This document shows, piece after piece, positions 27,097-35,542 of a DNA stretch of 64,000 nt. Origin of the DNA: Candidatus Latescibacterota bacterium (GTDB lineage: Bacteria > Latescibacterota > UBA2968 > UBA8231); assembly GCA_965208105.1 (NCBI GenBank), contig OZ242318.1, forward strand, positions 1,696,001-1,760,000. The letters are read 5' to 3'. Under the pieces are notes generated by a model. That model was not told the DNA's origin, made no database searches, and saw nothing but the letters and a program-made list of their open reading frames with translations. The position numbers were made by a program, and so were the translations under genes. The stretch's first letter is position 1. Each line of letters starts with the position of its first letter.

Positions 27097-29937
27097 CTAC
27101 CACAGATAGGCCGCTCGACGGGCGCGATCCGCCGCCTGGCGGCGCTCCAGGGCGGCCTCCACCGACCGCACCAGGGGCGATCCCCGCGCAAGCCGGGGAA
27201 GCCCATCGATCCATTGCCGCAGCTCCGGGGCGCGCAGATGGACGTGGTAGTCCGCCCACCTTTCGATCCAGGCCGACCCGGCCGATCCATGATGGGGGTC
27301 TGCGTCGATCGCCCGGCGCAGATAGGCCAGACTGGACTCGAAGTCGGGGCCGTGCAACTGGGCGACGCGCAGTGCCGACTCGGCCCGCTCCGACCTGAAG
27401 CGGGAGCGGTCATGCGCATCCTCGGCCGCGGCGAGGGCTGCCGGTGAGGGCACGTGGTAGCGGGAGAGGGCGCGGGCGCGCTCCTCGTCGAGCTCGGCCG
27501 CGTCCAGGGGCTCGAGGAAGTAACGCTGCAGCTCCCCGAACGGAGTGCGCGGCAGCACCGCGAAGGAGATTTCCGCCAGACGTCCTCCCCGGTAGCGCCG
27601 CAACAACTGGCGGTCGCCGCTGGAGTAGCTCAGGCGTTGGTCGTCGTCCCGGTAGACATAGGGCGCCTGCATGCGGGCGATATCGTCGGGCCCGGTGGTG
27701 ATCAGCGCCAGGATTCCCTCCACAGAGGCTGTCCCGTGGCGGCAGTCCCCGGTCCAGCGCTTGCTGGCAATATGGGGCTCCCGGGCCAGCACCCGGGCGC
27801 GCTCCTCGATCCAGGCGGTGCTGAACCGCGGCGGGTCCACGCCCTTGAAGCTCAGGGTGACGAAGTCCATCGGCCCCATGCGAACGATGAAGGTGTGGGA
27901 GAACACCGCCGCCTGGGTCTTCACCAGGCAGCGGGTCTCGTTGGGGGTGAGGTGGTAGAGCGGGACCCACTGCACCAGCACCCCGTCGCGGCGCAGCACC
28001 CGGTCCACCGCGCGGTAGAACTCCAGGGAGTAGAGCGGGTGGACTCCTTCCGCGGTTGGAGGCGGAGGCTCCATGGAAACCACGTCGTAGGAGCCCGGCG
28101 CGGCGCGCTCGACGAAATGGCGGCCGTCGTCCAGGTGGATGGACACCCGCGGATCGTCCCCCAGGCCCGCGTTGAACTCGGCGAAGTGATCGAGGGCCAT
28201 GGAGATCATCTCCGCGGAGATGTCGACCACGTCCATGTGTTCGACGGGATAGCGCAACAGGGCCCCGAAGGACTGTCCCGAGCCCATGGCTATGCCCAGG
28301 ACGCGGCGCGGCGTCCCTTCCTGCGGGTAGAATAGCGCCGGCAGGTGCCCCTCGATCACCTGGACGGGAAGCTCTCCCCGGCGCACCACCGCCAGAATCT
28401 GGTTGCCCGCGGCGATGTAGCGGTTCTTCGGCCCGGCAAAGACCGACGCGGTGGTCAGGGGTCCCTCGACCAGATCGACGAGCCCGGCGTCGTCCACCTG
28501 CCTGCCCACTCCCTCGGTGCTCACCACCTCCCGGCTGAGATCGCCTTGCATGAAGTATATCCCCACCGCCAGCGCCAGGGCGCCCAGAGCGTGACCCCAG
28601 CCGATGTTCCAGCGCCCGCCGCGTCCGCTTTCGAGACTCAACCTGCTCTCGGCCGCCGCGCCCAGCGCCAGGGTCACCAGGGTCAATGCGAACAGCGCCC
28701 CTGCGAGACCGAATGCAGGTATCAGCACATAACCGGCGGCGAATCCCCCGGCGCTGGCCCCCACCGTGTTCCAGAACACCAGGCGCCCGGAGGCGCGCCG
28801 CAACCCGGCGCTGTGCCTGGTTGAGGCGGCGATGAGGCCGGGCAGGGCCGTTCCCAGCAGCAGCACGGGAAGGAATATCACCAGTCCCACCTGGAAAAGG
28901 GGGGCGAAGAAGGTGTAGTCGGCGGCCTCGCTGGCGAAGTACCAGCTGGGTTCCACCGCGAACCCTTTGCCGGTAATGCCGTAGTCGGCCAGGATCCACC
29001 AGTCCAGGCTGAAGAGCACGAGCAGGGCGGCGATGGGCTGCAGCAGGGCCACCACCCGCAGAGGGCGGACCCCAGTGGCCAGCAAACGCCCCATCGCAAT
29101 GCTTCCCAGGGCGAGGGCGGCGAGGAACACCGCCAGCAGAATGGCGGTGAGATAGACGCTTGCGGTTTTGAACAGGGAGAAGTAGCGCGCCCAGGCCACC
29201 TGGTAGCCGATGGCCGCAAACCCGGAAAGGAGAGCCAGGACGCAGAAGAACGCGCCCGGGCCCGGCGCGCGCGCGCCGGCCGTTGCCGGCAGGTGCAGCG
29301 GCGGGGTGCGCCGGAAGGCGAGGAGCGCCATGGCGGCGATGGCGAGATTTCCCGCGCCGGCGGCCATGCTGGTGCCGTTCATCCCGAGGGAAGGGATGGC
29401 CAGGTAACCGGTGAGGAGGACGCCGAACACCGCGCCGGCGATGTTGAGTCCGTAGAGAACGCTGGTATGGGACCCCACCGAGGCGTCGCGCTCCACCAGG
29501 CCGTCGAGGAGCAGGGGCAGGGTCCCGCCCATGAAGAACGTGGGCAGGAGGAAGAGGAAGAAAAGCAGTCCGAAGCGCAGCAGGAAGAGGGCGGCGGCGC
29601 TGCCGGCGGCCACCCCGTAGAGCGAGGCGTAGGCGCTCTCCACGCAGGCGTAGAGCAGCGGAAAGGCGAAGGCGTAGATACCTATGCCGGCTTCGAAGAG
29701 CCCGTAGACGAAGAGCGGCGAGTAGCGGCGGCTGCGCCAGTACTTCCCCACGACCAGACTGCCGAGGGCAAGTCCGAGAAAGAAGCTGGTGAGCACTGTC
29801 GACAGGGCGATCTGGCTCGCTCCCACCACCAGGGCGGCCTTGCGGATCCACACCAGCTGGTAGCCCAGGCCGAGGGCCCCCGAGAGAAAGAACAGGATGG
29901 CGGCGAGCAGAATCGGGCCCCGGAGCGCCGCGCTCAT
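27097..29937 (-). CDS. Fused MFS-like membrane / spermidine-synthase-like SAM-dependent protein
   Basis: Two hydrophobic repeats (FLSGALGLGYQLVW; LSGFAAIGYQVAW), then RVLGIAMGSG, VVDIS, DDGRHF, DVVSMEPP, LYSLEFY. Confidence 0.85.
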   Translation of the reverse strand: MSAALRGPILLAAILFFLSGALGLGYQLVWIRKAALVVGASQIALSTVLTSFFLGLALGSLVVGKYWRSRRYSPLFVYGLFEAGIGIYAFAFPLLYACVESAYASLYGVAAGSAAALFLLRFGLLFFLFLLPTFFMGGTLPLLLDGLVERDASVGSHTSVLYGLNIAGAVFGVLLTGYLAIPSLGMNGTSMAAGAGNLAIAAMALLAFRRTPPLHLPATAGARAPGPGAFFCVLALLSGFAAIGYQVAWARYFSLFKTASVYLTAILLAVFLAALALGSIAMGRLLATGVRPLRVVALLQPIAALLVLFSLDWWILADYGITGKGFAVEPSWYFASEAADYTFFAPLFQVGLVIFLPVLLLGTALPGLIAASTRHSAGLRRASGRLVFWNTVGASAGGFAAGYVLIPAFGLAGALFALTLVTLALGAAAESRLSLESGRGGRWNIGWGHALGALALAVGIYFMQGDLSREVVSTEGVGRQVDDAGLVDLVEGPLTTASVFAGPKNRYIAAGNQILAVVRRGELPVQVIEGHLPALFYPQEGTPRRVLGIAMGSGQSFGALLRYPVEHMDVVDISAEMISMALDHFAEFNAGLGDDPRVSIHLDDGRHFVERAAPGSYDVVSMEPPPPTAEGVHPLYSLEFYRAVDRVLRRDGVLVQWVPLYHLTPNETRCLVKTQAAVFSHTFIVRMGPMDFVTLSFKGVDPPRFSTAWIEERARVLAREPHIASKRWTGDCRHGTASVEGILALITTGPDDIARMQAPYVYRDDDQRLSYSSGDRQLLRRYRGGRLAEISFAVLPRTPFGELQRYFLEPLDAAELDEERARALSRYHVPSPAALAAAEDAHDRSRFRSERAESALRVAQLHGPDFESSLAYLRRAIDADPHHGSAGSAWIERWADYHVHLRAPELRQWIDGLPRLARGSPLVRSVEAALERRQAADRARRAAYLW

Positions 29938-29989
29938 GGAAGCTCCGCAGGGATGAGACCGGGAACGAGCGTGGCCATCATGAACCGCT

Positions 29990-30865
29990 TCACCCCACCC
30001 TGTCCCCCGCTGCCAGGTTCCGGAAGAACTGCTCCGCCTCCCGGGCGACGCGCAGCGGGCTGAGGGGAATTATCTCCAGGACCATCTCGCCCCGAAAATC
30101 GATCTCCTCGAGGGCCTGGAGCAGGTGGAGCCAGTCTTCGGCGGGGATAATGCCCTTCCCCGGGGAGGTGTGCATGCGGGAGAAAGGATCGTCCGCCGCG
30201 AATGCGTCGCTGACGTGCAGGTGGCACAGCCGGTCCTTCAGCGCATCGACGTAGGCGCGCATGGGAAAGCGGGCGAACTTCTGGACATGGGTGGTATCGA
30301 GACATATCCCGAGGTCGGGGAACTCCCTCGTTGCCCGCTGCAGAATGGGGAGATTCCACAAACCAGGGTCCTCCTCGGTTTCTCCGTCCGAGGCGTTCTC
30401 GAGGGCGATGGTCACCCCTTTCTCCCGGGCGTAGTCCAGCACCCGGGCGGCGAACCCGAAGTCAGGGTCGGGACCGTCGAGGAAGAGATTGCAGGCGTGC
30501 ACCACGAGAATTTCGGACCCCACGCAGGAGACCGTGTCGATCTGTCTCCGGTACTCGTCCATGGTGTCCTCGTTTCCGGTGTGCCAGCTGGCGCGCACAT
30601 CCTTGAGCATGGTCTTCAGCCTCTCCCTGTGTACCTCGTCGAAGAGGTCCGCCACATTTGCCTCCATGGCCCCGCGCGCCGGCGAAAGCCACTCCCAGCT
30701 GCACCAGCTGGGCCACAGCTCGATACCGAAACCGTTCGCCGACACCTCGGCGACCACCTCTTCGAGACTGTCGAGACCCCGGTCGAACGCAAAGTTGGTG
30801 CCCCCCTTCTTCAGGGGAAAGTAGTGGATGTAGTTCCACAAGCTGATGCTGATTCTCAACTCCAT
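29990..30865 (-). CDS. Sugar phosphate isomerase/epimerase (xylose-isomerase-like TIM barrel)
   Basis: GIEL, IALEN, CLDTTH, HLHVSD, H..PGKG, VLE. Confidence 0.85.
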   Translation of the reverse strand: MELRISISLWNYIHYFPLKKGGTNFAFDRGLDSLEEVVAEVSANGFGIELWPSWCSWEWLSPARGAMEANVADLFDEVHRERLKTMLKDVRASWHTGNEDTMDEYRRQIDTVSCVGSEILVVHACNLFLDGPDPDFGFAARVLDYAREKGVTIALENASDGETEEDPGLWNLPILQRATREFPDLGICLDTTHVQKFARFPMRAYVDALKDRLCHLHVSDAFAADDPFSRMHTSPGKGIIPAEDWLHLLQALEEIDFRGEMVLEIIPLSPLRVAREAEQFFRNLAAGDRVG

Positions 30866-31039
30866 ATTTTCCTTTCCCTCCTATTTTCTTATTTTGGAAC
30901 CTCAAAGATAGGACCTTTGCGAGGGCAGGCCAATTCGGGGACAGACGGACCCCAGGATAGCCGCAGGGACAACCGGGACCGCCGGGATAATCCCGGAATC
31001 ACCTTACCTCCATCTGCTGCGCAACAGCGAGATCTGACC

Positions 31040-33979
31040 ATGGCAGTTCTATCCAGGACGATGCGCTGCGCCTGCCGCGGCCTTTTTCTGGCACTCGGAG
31101 TCTGGAGTGCCGTCTCAGGGTCCCCGCGCCTGAACAGCGACCAGATCCTGGAATCCCGGCCCTTCCTGCGCTGGGAGCGCCCTGCCTACCACAACTACGC
31201 CCTGCGGACCTACGCAAACTACCCCGATCACACCTTTCCCTATGCCGATTCGCCCCGGACCTACTACGGCCCGCTGGGGGACTACCTGACCAGCGGATTC
31301 GACCTCTACAGCTGGAATGAGACGCGCATGCCGGGGCAGGAATTCGGAAGCACCATTTTCAAACCCAACGACTCCGGCACCCTGGTGTGGAACAAAGTCT
31401 ACGACGCGGTGGTGATAGGGCGCGACGGCTACGGCGACTGGGGCTACAGTCTCATCGTGGCCGACGGGCTCATCGCCCGCTTCTCGCCGCTGACCTTGTC
31501 TATGACCGACTTCAACGGAGTCCGCCTCGACGTTTCCACCCCCCGCCTCCAGCTCACCGGACTGGCCTCCCGCAGCGAGCGCCCCCACACCTACATCTCG
31601 CGCTCCATCTTCGTCCTCGGCCAGACCCACATCGCCGACGACTCGACCCTTCTCCTGGGGGGCCGCGCCCAGACCGACCTGGGGCTTCTGCGCCTGGGAT
31701 TGAACTGGGCAAACACCCACGTCTACCAGAGCACGCGGCCGGGCAACAGCCTCAAAGGCGTGCTGCGGCCGGACCAGCCGCTGATGGACTGGATCCTCGT
31801 GCGCTTCTCCGACGACTCTCCGGCCGACGGCAGCGGCGGCGCCGTGGTGCAGGAGGTCCGCCTCGTGATCGACGGCGACCCTCGGCCGGACCTGGAGCCC
31901 CGGGTCATCCGCCAGCGGGCGGGCGTCGGACCCCAGGTGGGCACCGTGTCCCAGGCCACCGGGCGCTTCCGGGCGACGGACTACACCTCCTTCAGAGGGC
32001 ACAGACTGTTCTACCGCGGGCGCGACGAGGTGCCCCTCTATTCCGATTTCTTCTACCTCCTGGACCACGAGGACGGCATCGACGTGAGCAGTGACGTCCA
32101 CCTGCAGGGACTGACCACCTACTTCCAGGAGGAGAAGGAGGGGGAAACCCTGCGGGCGGACGGCGAGGAGCAGCTCGTCTACCTTTTCGACCTGTCCGCG
32201 GAGCCTCAGGTGGAGTCGGTGCAGGTCGAGGCCCTGGTGGGCAACGACTACCGGGTGGATGTCGCCCTCCTGAGCAATCAGAGCCCGCGCGCCAAGACCT
32301 ACCACGCCCAGTATCTCAGCACCTTCTACCGCACCACATTGCGGGCGAGGGAGAACGTAGGGGACCTGTCCAACCTGCGCTGGGTCCGCTTCGACGTGGG
32401 CGAGAACACCGGACTGTTCACCTACAGCGCCGACCTCAACCTCGCACTGCCCGGCCTGGAGATCAATGGCGAGTTCGGGCGCTCGGCTCTCTTCTCGCGC
32501 TATCCCGGACAGATGGGCGGCGAGCCCTCTTTCTCGGCCAGATCCCACTTCGCCGAGCGCGGCTCGGCCTGGTACCTCAACGCCGTCCACTGGCTCGGAC
32601 GGGGACGGGTGGGGGGCGAGTGGTTCTCCATCAATCCCGGCTACACCACCAGCATGCGCACCTTCCTGGACAAGACCTCCGACCTCAACTACAGCAACAT
32701 CTCGGGGATGCTCAACGAGACCGTCTACTGGGACCTGGTGCAGGACAACGACGACGGCGACCGCTTTCCCGACCGGCGCGTGGGCAACATCGGCGGGTTC
32801 CTACCCGACGAGAAGAGCTTCGATCTCGACGGGGTGTTCATCGACCAGGACGACGACAACGACGGGATCCCGGAAATCAACCGCAATCTCAACAACGTGC
32901 CCGACTTCGACGAGCCCTTCCTGATGTTCGACGTGGAGCCCAACGTCTACGTCTATGGCCTCGACCGCAACCACAACGACGAGCCCGACCGGCGCGAGGA
33001 CGACGACGAGGTCGACTATCCCTACGACCACGACCAGCGCGGCTACCACCTATTCGGACAAATCGATCCGAGCCGGCACCTGTCCCTCGCCCTGGGGCGC
33101 TATGCCACCGGTGAGATCGCCGGCAACGGCCGCAACCGCTCCACCTACGCCCTGCTGACCTACCGCCGCCGGGGGATGGAGCGGCCCTGGCGGCTGTTCA
33201 TCGAGAACCACCTGCGCCGGGTGCAGGACGACATCGGCGACGACTACGTGGTCACCGACGAGAACGCGTCGCGGGTCGAAAACTTCAGCAGCGACGGCCT
33301 GCGCCAGGAAATCCAGGCCGACAAGTACCTGCACCACCCACCCATCTTCTCGGGCGCCCTGGTGGCCGACCTGAGATCCTACCAGGACAGCTACGTCAAC
33401 GAGTCCTACCTGGAAGGACGTTTCAGCCTGTGGAACTCCCTCGAGGTGGTGCAGAAGCTGCGCCTCAGGTTCAACTGGCAGCAGGGCGGCCGCCTCTACA
33501 ACGGCCTCTTCCAGAGGGAGCGGCGGCTGGATCTGTGGACCTGGGTGAACCGGGTGCAGTACACCTGGCGCCTGGGCAGGCTGCACCTGGTGCCGCAGTA
33601 CAAGTTCATGCTCCTGCGCCTGACCGACCAGGACCGCGGCATCGACCTGCGCTCCGAATTCCGCTCCATCCCCATCCTGCGCCTGGAATACCCCCTGCTG
33701 AGCCGCACCAGCCTGCGCGCCGGGGTACAGGGTTGGGGGCCGCTGCCCTACCGCCGCCGCGACGGCCTGGCGCTGCGCAACCGCTTCGAGCAGCGCACCG
33801 CCTTCGCGACCCTGACCAACCGCTCCAAGTACTTCGGCTACGACCTGGTGACCATAGTCGGGATGGCCTGGGACAGGAAGGAATACGACGCCGAGTTCCA
33901 GCGCTTCAGGGCATTCGACAGCCGGACCTTCTTCGCCCGCACCCTGGTGGGCTTCACCGAGTTCGGACGGCCGCTCTAG
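31040..33979 (+). CDS. Large secreted/outer-membrane protein, paralog P5
   Basis: Start moved to ATG 31040 (or 31061) giving signal peptide ...GLFLALGVWSAVSG; same blocks, ends GFTEFGRPL. Confidence 0.85.
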   Translation: MAVLSRTMRCACRGLFLALGVWSAVSGSPRLNSDQILESRPFLRWERPAYHNYALRTYANYPDHTFPYADSPRTYYGPLGDYLTSGFDLYSWNETRMPGQEFGSTIFKPNDSGTLVWNKVYDAVVIGRDGYGDWGYSLIVADGLIARFSPLTLSMTDFNGVRLDVSTPRLQLTGLASRSERPHTYISRSIFVLGQTHIADDSTLLLGGRAQTDLGLLRLGLNWANTHVYQSTRPGNSLKGVLRPDQPLMDWILVRFSDDSPADGSGGAVVQEVRLVIDGDPRPDLEPRVIRQRAGVGPQVGTVSQATGRFRATDYTSFRGHRLFYRGRDEVPLYSDFFYLLDHEDGIDVSSDVHLQGLTTYFQEEKEGETLRADGEEQLVYLFDLSAEPQVESVQVEALVGNDYRVDVALLSNQSPRAKTYHAQYLSTFYRTTLRARENVGDLSNLRWVRFDVGENTGLFTYSADLNLALPGLEINGEFGRSALFSRYPGQMGGEPSFSARSHFAERGSAWYLNAVHWLGRGRVGGEWFSINPGYTTSMRTFLDKTSDLNYSNISGMLNETVYWDLVQDNDDGDRFPDRRVGNIGGFLPDEKSFDLDGVFIDQDDDNDGIPEINRNLNNVPDFDEPFLMFDVEPNVYVYGLDRNHNDEPDRREDDDEVDYPYDHDQRGYHLFGQIDPSRHLSLALGRYATGEIAGNGRNRSTYALLTYRRRGMERPWRLFIENHLRRVQDDIGDDYVVTDENASRVENFSSDGLRQEIQADKYLHHPPIFSGALVADLRSYQDSYVNESYLEGRFSLWNSLEVVQKLRLRFNWQQGGRLYNGLFQRERRLDLWTWVNRVQYTWRLGRLHLVPQYKFMLLRLTDQDRGIDLRSEFRSIPILRLEYPLLSRTSLRAGVQGWGPLPYRRRDGLALRNRFEQRTAFATLTNRSKYFGYDLVTIVGMAWDRKEYDAEFQRFRAFDSRTFFARTLVGFTEFGRPL

Positions 33980-34142
33980 TGTCCCGTCGCAGGAATATGT
34001 CGCCATTTTTCCGCCGATCCATCCCGGCTCACGGCGTTGCCTTCACTCGCCGTACACCACTGGTACGACTCGCTCAGGCGCCTTGCGAGCCGGGCGCTTC
34101 TGCGCCCTCGTTCGTACGCTTAATTACGCAAGCAGGCACTAG
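33976..34142 (+). mobile_element. Non-autonomous MITE/ERIC-like palindromic element bounded by CTAG...CTAG
   Basis: Begins CTAGTG and ends CACTAG; long internal hairpin CCCGGCTC..GGCG..CGTAC/GTACG..CGCC..GAGCCGGG; left end repeated twice elsewhere. Confidence 0.65.
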
Positions 34143-34249
34143 GATGGGGGCATGCGCAGCAGTTCCTGGTCCATAGGCGACGGCGGCAGCCACCTTATTG
34201 CCATGGTTTCCGATTAAAAACCGTCCTATCCTCCAAGGATCAGCATCCA

Positions 34250-35383
34250 GTGAAAACCTATCGAATCGCCATAATCGGCCTCGGCGGCATGGGACACCAC
34301 CACGCCGAAGCAGTCCTGGCCGAGGACAACTGCGAGCTCGTGGGCGGCGCCGACATCGATCCCGGCCAGGCGGCCCGATGGCGGGAGCGCTTCGGGGTCA
34401 GGGCCGTCTTCGCGGAGTACGAACAGATGATGGACGAGCTGGCGCCGGACATCGCAATCGTCGCCACCCACTCTCCCGAGCACTGCCCCGCCACCATCGC
34501 CGCGGCGCGGCGCGGGGTCCACGTCTTCTGCGAGAAACCCATCGCGCTGAACCTGATTGAGGCGGACGCCATGGTGGCCGCCTGCGATGCCGGGGACCTG
34601 CGCTTCGCCATCAACCACATAAAGCGCGCCAGCCTCTACAACCGCCACGTGCAGGAGAGGATAGGGAACGGGGAGATCGGCCAGGTCATTCAGGTCCGCG
34701 CCTTCGAGAAGGGGGGCAGGCGCACCGGCAACGCCCTGATGGAGATGGGCACCCATCTCTTCGACTGGATACGCCTGTTCGCCGGAGACCTGGAGTGGGC
34801 CCACGCCCACCTGCTGCAACTCGACGGCAGGGAATCGGCCATCGGCGACATAAGGCGCACCCGGGAGGTGGACCCGAAGGATCGCGACTCCGGCCTGGTT
34901 TTGGGTGAGCGCGGCTCCGTTTCCTTCCGCTTCAAGTCGGGGATACACGCCCAGGCCGAGTTTCTGGCCGAGCCGCGGGCAAACGACAACGCCTACGGCC
35001 TGGACCTGATCGGGACCGAAGGCCGCATGGCCCTGCGGGGCAGCGTCGGCACCGAGCTGTTCATCCACCGGGGTGCGCATCAGACTCCCTCGGAGGGATG
35101 GCGCCGCGAGTCACTGGCCTCCGAGGACGTGGACGAGGGCGGAAAGCCGCGCGACATGGCGGCGAAACGGCTGCTGCTGCAGCGCCTCATGCTGCGCGAT
35201 CTGATCGCCGCTATCGAGGAAGGACGCGATCCCGTCGCCAGCGGCCGCGATGGCCGCGACTGTCTCGAGATGATCCACGCCACCTGGGAGTCCCATCTGC
35301 GCCAGGGCCGCGCCCGGGCTCCCCTGCAACCGCGCGAGCACGTGCTGGAACGATGGCTGCGGAAGGGGCGGACCAGCGGGTAG
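34250..35383 (+). CDS. Gfo/Idh/MocA family oxidoreductase
   Basis: IAIIGLGGMG, HVFCEKPIA, LMEMGTHLFD. Confidence 0.92.
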   Translation: MKTYRIAIIGLGGMGHHHAEAVLAEDNCELVGGADIDPGQAARWRERFGVRAVFAEYEQMMDELAPDIAIVATHSPEHCPATIAAARRGVHVFCEKPIALNLIEADAMVAACDAGDLRFAINHIKRASLYNRHVQERIGNGEIGQVIQVRAFEKGGRRTGNALMEMGTHLFDWIRLFAGDLEWAHAHLLQLDGRESAIGDIRRTREVDPKDRDSGLVLGERGSVSFRFKSGIHAQAEFLAEPRANDNAYGLDLIGTEGRMALRGSVGTELFIHRGAHQTPSEGWRRESLASEDVDEGGKPRDMAAKRLLLQRLMLRDLIAAIEEGRDPVASGRDGRDCLEMIHATWESHLRQGRARAPLQPREHVLERWLRKGRTSG

Positions 35384-35542
35384 CGGCGCCGAAGTGCCCG
35401 GGGAACCCCGCCGAAAGACACCACGCCCCCCTGCCGATCGGCAATTGACCTGGCTGCCGCCGCCCTGGACGGATGGGTTCCATTTGCCTACCTTGGTCCT
35501 GTTCAGCCCCAATCCCACCGAACCCATCGAGGAGCACACGGG

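Noticed and set aside
30125-31039. N-terminal extension making P5 appear 1284 aa
   Set aside because: Overlaps the isomerase gene antisense; paralog alignment and signal peptide place the start at ~31040
307-33979. Diversity-generating retroelement or invertase-driven shuffling as the cause of paralog variation
   Set aside because: No reverse transcriptase, recombinase or adenine-specific TR/VR pair seen in the window
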